Below, one piece after another: positions 58,790 through 64,000 of a stretch of DNA of 64,000 nt; position 1 is the stretch's first letter, and each line of letters starts with the position of its first letter. This stretch comes from Spirochaetia bacterium (GTDB taxonomy: Bacteria; Spirochaetota; Spirochaetia; Treponematales; Treponemataceae): positions 3,869-67,868 of the forward strand of contig CAAGIR010000142.1 of the NCBI GenBank assembly GCA_900769975.1. The letters are read 5' to 3'. The notes under the pieces are model-generated. The model saw only the letters and a list, made by a program, of their open reading frames with translations. It was not told the DNA's origin and made no database searches. Both the position numbers and the translations under genes were made by a program.

Positions 58790-59842
58790 TTATGGTAAAG
58801 AACTCAAAACCTTGATTATCTTAGAGCTTTCAGCATGAGTTAATCTTGGATATAAAGGAATATGAACACAACGTAAATATAAAGACTTAGCATGAATACA
58901 TTTTTCAGATAATTCATCTTTTAAAGCAATTATCGAATTTTCATATGCCAAATTTATTTCTATATCTTTTTTTGCAGCATATTGTTTTACATCTTTATAT
59001 GAACTAGACAATACAAGCGGAAAACAACACATCGTAGAACCGTTTTCCATCTCTCTTGCAAACATTTTATGACGCCCAATAAAACATGCCTGCTGATACA
59101 TAGCAAAAAGTTCCTTACGAGTTTTTTCATTACGAGGAAATTCTTTTACCTGTACCCAAGCCAAAGCAGCATTTATATCTGGTAATAAATCAGTCAAAGG
59201 AGCTTCATCGACGTATTTTTTTAGGACAATCCACTCTCGTCTGCCAGGAGAAATCAAAACAGCACCACCGCCTGCCGTAATAACATCACGTTCTTCCAGA
59301 CCCAAAATAGAATAAACACCAAAAGTTCCAGCCATTTTTCGCTCTTGCACCGCACCGTCCTCACCAGGTATAGCAAGACCGGCACCTGCGCTTTGCGATA
59401 TATCCTCGATAATTGGCAAACCAAGCTGAACTATTTCGTTTAAATCAGGTAAAATGCCTTCAGTTTCATGCAACAATAAAAGTTTTCCACCGTCTTTCAT
59501 ACCTTCGCAGATGATTTCTTTATTAACTAAACCATTTGATTCATCTACATCCAATACTAAAGGTTCAAAACCCATAGAAACAAGAGACTGATATTGCCAC
59601 GCAGGAGCCAAAGCAGAAACCATTACTTTTGAACCACTTTCCAAACCAATTGACTGTAAAGCATATTTTAAAGCAATAGCAGGACTTCTTAAAGCAACTG
59701 CACCATCACATTTTATAAATTCTTTAATCTGAGAAATCAACTTAGCATTCAACTCGCCAGGTCCAATTTTTTCATCGACCATACAAGTCAAAACTGCATC
59801 CATTTCTTTTCTACGAATAGTTGTACTGTAAGTCTGTATCAT
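58790..59842 (-). CDS. DegT/DnrJ/EryC1-like (fold type I PLP) protein that appears to lack the Schiff-base lysine
   Basis: The N-terminal half aligns in pattern with sugar aminotransferases (ALRSPAIALKYALQSIGLESGSKVMVSALAPA...PLVLDVD...IIEDISQSAGA). The position equivalent to SFHxxK reads YSILGLEE. Confidence 0.4.
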   Translation of the reverse strand: MIQTYSTTIRRKEMDAVLTCMVDEKIGPGELNAKLISQIKEFIKCDGAVALRSPAIALKYALQSIGLESGSKVMVSALAPAWQYQSLVSMGFEPLVLDVDESNGLVNKEIICEGMKDGGKLLLLHETEGILPDLNEIVQLGLPIIEDISQSAGAGLAIPGEDGAVQERKMAGTFGVYSILGLEERDVITAGGGAVLISPGRREWIVLKKYVDEAPLTDLLPDINAALAWVQVKEFPRNEKTRKELFAMYQQACFIGRHKMFAREMENGSTMCCFPLVLSSSYKDVKQYAAKKDIEINLAYENSIIALKDELSEKCIHAKSLYLRCVHIPLYPRLTHAESSKIIKVLSSLP

Positions 59843-60327
59843 TACTGTATATCAATTATTTTTTGCAATTCTTTAGCATTAAACAGTTTTCTAGTATTCA
59901 GCATGATTAAATAACCATGATCTTCACGAATAACACCTTCGATATATTCATTACCAATGCCGCTAAGCATCTGAGGAGGCTCTTTCACATCTTCTTCTTT
60001 TACAGTAACAACTCTTTCGACTTTATCGATGATAATGCCGATTTTACTACCTTCAATATCAAGAATGATAAAACCACCTTCCATTTCTATATCTTCTGGT
60101 TTTGTAGCAGACTGAATCTTAAAACGTTTATGCAAATCAATAATAGGAATTATTTCACTTCGCAGGTTGATAATTCCTTCCACATAATAAGGAGCATTAG
60201 GAATAACACGCACATTTTGAAGTCTCACAATCTCTTTGACATCCATGATATTGACACCATATAATTCTTCACCTAGACGAAAAGTAACTAATTGAAATTG
60301 AACTTCAGCAGCCATATTTACTCCCAC
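59842..60327 (-). CDS. cheW: Chemotaxis coupling protein CheW
   Basis: CheW-domain signature FRLGEELYGVNIMDVKEIV...GIINLRSEIIPIIDL. Confidence 0.85.
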   Translation of the reverse strand: MGVNMAAEVQFQLVTFRLGEELYGVNIMDVKEIVRLQNVRVIPNAPYYVEGIINLRSEIIPIIDLHKRFKIQSATKPEDIEMEGGFIILDIEGSKIGIIIDKVERVVTVKEEDVKEPPQMLSGIGNEYIEGVIREDHGYLIMLNTRKLFNAKELQKIIDIQ

Positions 60328-60584
60328 ACCGCATAAGCGGATAAATAATAAACATTTGTTTTAGTTATCATAAGTGCAACGCACAAATCAAGTTTACTGT
60401 CTTTTTCTGGAAAATAAACTACTCAAACTAAACAACGTATAAAATAAAAACTATATACAGATAATTTTAATCCAAAAATCGAAAATTTGCAATGTTTTTT
60501 TTCTATTTCAAGAATAATTCGATATTTCTACATCAAACACCTCCAAAACTTTTCTTTAACAAAACAATCAGAATCCAACAATAA

Positions 60585-61373
60585 TCAGTCACCAATAAAA
60601 AGAGTTATTACATTCACGATTTTTATGCCGTTTTTCTTCAATATATTTGCACAACATTCAATAGTTGCACCCGTCGTACATACATCGTCAATAAGGCAAA
60701 CTTCTTCAGGCATAATACCATTAAGACATTTTAATTCAGTGAAAACTTTTTCTTCCGATTCCATATCATACGCCGAAGAAATAGTATCGAGCCTCTCTTT
60801 TCTGTTTAGTTTTTTTTGCTGTTCAGTTGAATTGCGTTTTAAAATATGAAGCGCTTTAATTCCAAAAACTTTTTCCAGATAAGTACATAATTCATCAATC
60901 TGATCCCATCCTTTTTTCTGAATTTTACCTTTTCTCGGCGGAACAGGAACTACAATTTGATATTTTAATTGTTTCAAAACTTGGTGTACAAAATATGCAA
61001 ATAACACAGAAATAGAACGATCTTCTTTTATCTTCCATCTGTAAAGTAATTCTTTATTCCACAAACGATAAGAAAAAACAGGAGTAACAGTATCAGTACG
61101 ATTTAAAATTTTTTCTTCCCTGCACTTTGAACACGTCTCTTTTGTAGAAATAAGTTTTCGTCCGCATATTTTACATCTTGGAGTATTTAAACTCTCATCA
61201 ATAGAAAAATATTTAACAATACAATTTTTACAGACAGGAAATACAAAAGTTTTCTTACCGCAAATAATACATTTTTCTCCATCATTCAAAAAAGAAAAAA
61301 AGAACCGTAGAATAAATAAAATAATCTGTTTAGTTTTGAAAATAAAATGCTTCACATAAATAATATGTACCAA
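60585..61373 (-). CDS. comF: ComF-family protein (N-terminal zinc-ribbon plus phosphoribosyltransferase domain)
   Basis: CIICGKK...CKNC...CKICGRK...CSKC double zinc finger, then a C-terminal PRT motif VCLIDDVCTTGAT. The exact start is uncertain. Confidence 0.6.
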   Translation of the reverse strand: MVHIIYVKHFIFKTKQIILFILRFFFSFLNDGEKCIICGKKTFVFPVCKNCIVKYFSIDESLNTPRCKICGRKLISTKETCSKCREEKILNRTDTVTPVFSYRLWNKELLYRWKIKEDRSISVLFAYFVHQVLKQLKYQIVVPVPPRKGKIQKKGWDQIDELCTYLEKVFGIKALHILKRNSTEQQKKLNRKERLDTISSAYDMESEEKVFTELKCLNGIMPEEVCLIDDVCTTGATIECCANILKKNGIKIVNVITLFIGD

Positions 61374-61446
61374 ACAGTATCAAAAAAGGAAATGAAATTA
61401 CAAAAAAATCAAAAAAAAATTAATTTTTTTTCAATAAATTAAGAAA

Positions 61447-64000
61447 TTATTGTCCTGAAAGTGTATTTTTCCAGCGAGAAATAGTCTGCAGTGCGTTTAA
61501 TGGTGTCATATTATTCAAATCTACAGACAAAATTTCTGATATTATTATTTCTTCATCACTGAAAAGGCCTGGAGAATGAAAATCCATTTCACTTTCTTTT
61601 TCTGGAACGACAGCAGTTTTTGCAGAAATTTCTTTTTCTTCATTCATAACTTGAATTTCGGACAAAATCTTTTTTGCACGTTCAATTACAGGCTCAGGTA
61701 TTCCAGCCAGTTTTGCAACATGAATTCCATAGGAATTTTCTGTTATGCCTTCTTTAATTTTCCGCAAAAAGACAACAGAACCGTCCTGTTCAAGTACGTC
61801 CATACATAAAAATTTAAGGCATGGATGTTCCAGACGGGAAAGTTCATGATAATGAGTTGCAAAAAAAGTCTTACATTTGACTGTATCTAAAAGATATTCA
61901 GAAACGGCTTTTGCAATTGCAAGTCCGTCCTCTGTAGATGTACCACGTCCAACTTCATCCATAATTACAAGCGATTTATTTGTGGCGGCATGCAAAATAT
62001 TGGCAGTTTCCGTCATTTCAACAAGAAAAGTAGACTCGCCCTTTGCCAGATTATCAGACGCTCCAACACGACAAAAAATCCTGTCTACAATACCAATTTT
62101 CGCACTATCAGCAGGAACAAAAGAACCTGTCTGTGCAAGAAGTGCTATCAGGGCATTCTGACGGAGGTAAGTACTTTTACCAGCCATATTCGGACCAGTT
62201 ATCAAAGCAAAAGACATACGATCATCAGTTTCTGCCGTAAGGTAAGAATTATTTGGTACAAATTCACCAATCGGCAGATGTTTTTCAACAACTGGATGAC
62301 GGCCATTTGTAACTTCAAAAACGGTAGATTCAACAATCTGGGGACAAACCCATTTATTCAAAATTGCCGCCTGTGCAAATGAATAAATAACATCAGTATT
62401 TGCAATTTCTTCCGCCACCTGTCGCAAATAAGAAACATATTTTTGAATGGATGTTCGGATTTCAACATATAAATCACGTTCAAGTTCAAGTATTTTTGTA
62501 GAAGATTCGTTTAAATCCTGTTCCAGCTGCTGCAAACGTTCTGTCGTATAACGATCTCCGTTTACAAGTGCCCTTCGCATAATAAAATGTGTCGGAACAG
62601 ATGAAAGTTTTCCTTTTGAAACTTCAATAAAATATCCTGCAGAATTATTGTATTTAATTCTTAATGTAGAAATACCTGTTTTTTGTTTTTCTTCATTTTC
62701 ATATTCTGCCAGTACATTATTAAAATTATTATTGATGTCACGCCAATGATCCAGTTCTTCTGACCAGCCTGATTTGATAATTCCGCCATCTGTAATGTTA
62801 GTGGAAGGATTATCTACTATAGAATTGGCAATCAAATCACAAATTGTCTGTGCATTTTCTGTAGAAATAAAAGAAAAATCAAAATCTATAAGATAATTTT
62901 TAATTTTTGTCCAAGCTTCTAGACTGGAACGTAAAGACTGAAGTTCTTTTGGGTGAGCTTTATCCATTGCAATGCGTGAAGCAAGCCTTTCGATATCCAA
63001 AATAGAAGACAAATCATTTTTTAATTTTTCTAAAAGCGTTCTGTTTTCTATAATTTTTTTTATTCTGACTTGTCTTTCATCAATAAGTTGTGCATTAATA
63101 AGAGGAAAAAGAAGCCAGTTTCGCAAAAGCCGTCCACCCATAGGTGTTCTTGTATAATTTACACATTCAAACAAAGTATAAGATGATGAGCCATCGCGTA
63201 TATTTTGAATTATTTCAAGATTACGAAGCGAATTGTCGTCCATAATGAGATATTCTGCATCTGAATAAACCTGAATTGAATTAATATGAGGAATGTTTGA
63301 ATTTGTTGTTTTTTCGAGATAATCAAGAAGAAAACCAGCAGGAGAGACTTCGGCAGAAGAAGGTTCCAGACCAAAGGCTTTTAAACTGGCAGTTTTAAAC
63401 TGTGAAGTAAGTTTTTTAAATGATAAATCTACCGAAAAATCCCAGTCTGGATAATAAGAAACAGAAAGATTTTGCACGGAATTAATTCCATCTTGAATTT
63501 CTTTATTCGTTTTTAATGACATTGGCAAGATTAATTCACGCGGATTTGCCCTATGTAATTCTTTTGCAAAATAGTCAGATAATTTTGACGCTGGCCACGA
63601 AGTTGCTTTAAAATTTGCCGTAGTTACATCAATAAAAGCAAAACCTACCCTGCCTTTTGTAATTGAAAGCGAAGCTAGATAATTAGCTTTTATTCCGTCT
63701 AAAAATTCGTCTTCAACCGCTGTACCAGGAGTTATGATTTCAACAACTTTTCGTTCTGCAATTCCCTTTCCGCCTTTAGGAATTTCGCCGACCTGTTCGC
63801 ATATAACGATTTTTTTTCCTAAACGAAGCAATCGTGCAATATAAACTTTTGCAGCATGAAAAGGAATGCCGCACATTTTTTGAGAAGCTCTATGTGTTAA
63901 TGTCAAATTTAACAGTCTTGATATTTCAACGGCATCGTCATCAAACATTTCATAAAAATCACCAAGCCTGAAAAACACAACTTCATTTTTATATTTTGAT
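61447..64000 (-). CDS. mutS: DNA mismatch repair protein MutS (N-terminus lies beyond the window end)
   Basis: FFRLGDFYEMFDDDA mismatch-binding-domain motif. Walker A GPNMAGKST and C-terminal helix-turn-helix. The frame is open to the window edge. Confidence 0.9.
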   Translation of the reverse strand, partial: SKYKNEVVFFRLGDFYEMFDDDAVEISRLLNLTLTHRASQKMCGIPFHAAKVYIARLLRLGKKIVICEQVGEIPKGGKGIAERKVVEIITPGTAVEDEFLDGIKANYLASLSITKGRVGFAFIDVTTANFKATSWPASKLSDYFAKELHRANPRELILPMSLKTNKEIQDGINSVQNLSVSYYPDWDFSVDLSFKKLTSQFKTASLKAFGLEPSSAEVSPAGFLLDYLEKTTNSNIPHINSIQVYSDAEYLIMDDNSLRNLEIIQNIRDGSSSYTLFECVNYTRTPMGGRLLRNWLLFPLINAQLIDERQVRIKKIIENRTLLEKLKNDLSSILDIERLASRIAMDKAHPKELQSLRSSLEAWTKIKNYLIDFDFSFISTENAQTICDLIANSIVDNPSTNITDGGIIKSGWSEELDHWRDINNNFNNVLAEYENEEKQKTGISTLRIKYNNSAGYFIEVSKGKLSSVPTHFIMRRALVNGDRYTTERLQQLEQDLNESSTKILELERDLYVEIRTSIQKYVSYLRQVAEEIANTDVIYSFAQAAILNKWVCPQIVESTVFEVTNGRHPVVEKHLPIGEFVPNNSYLTAETDDRMSFALITGPNMAGKSTYLRQNALIALLAQTGSFVPADSAKIGIVDRIFCRVGASDNLAKGESTFLVEMTETANILHAATNKSLVIMDEVGRGTSTEDGLAIAKAVSEYLLDTVKCKTFFATHYHELSRLEHPCLKFLCMDVLEQDGSVVFLRKIKEGITENSYGIHVAKLAGIPEPVIERAKKILSEIQVMNEEKEISAKTAVVPEKESEMDFHSPGLFSDEEIIISEILSVDLNNMTPLNALQTISRWKNTLSGQ

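Noticed and set aside
1-64000. CRISPR arrays, IS elements, integrases and phage genes
   Set aside because: There are no short-period direct repeats with unique spacers and no transposase, integrase or phage structural ORFs. The window looks like core chromosome.

Overview
This window looks like an AT-rich (about 37% GC) spirochete chromosome, most likely a Treponema-type genome. It is densely packed with core genes on both strands and contains no obvious prophage, CRISPR array or IS element. Gene content, in order: infB (5' part), nusA, rimP; hisS; an orphan NeuB-family nonulosonic-acid synthase; lipoprotein, Nudix and membrane proteins; secA; a long-form signal peptidase I; tatD; miaA; rlmI-like; a HAD hydrolase; thiI, family-4 udg and priA; then truA, a DUF2225-like protein, acpS, cdaR and cdaA as one minus-strand operon. 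After a 510-bp spacer comes the flagellar hook operon (flbB-like, fliK/tap1-like, flgD, flgE). This is followed by a eukaryote-type hexokinase; pcrA/uvrD; a maltodextrin-type locus (malQ, a LacI regulator, two permeases and a binding protein carrying palindromic AACGTT operators); tRNA-Arg, tRNA-His and tRNA-Lys; xseA-xseB-mutL; two repeat-rich TPR proteins; two secreted or membrane hypotheticals; two tandem phosphohexomutases; a DnaQ-like exonuclease; a LysM protein with a degenerate M23 domain; an HD-domain protein; recN, nadK, a DegT-like protein lacking the PLP lysine, cheW, comF-like and mutS (truncated at the window end). The features that known annotation does not explain are: (1) a 144-bp tandem duplication that sits between the flgE terminator and the cdaA start and packs five stem-preserving palindromes into each unit; (2) a 66-bp in-frame tandem repeat array inside a TPR membrane protein, next to a second TPR protein with W-[QE]-[ED]-I periodic motifs; (3) a roughly 110-bp GC-rich island upstream of secA.
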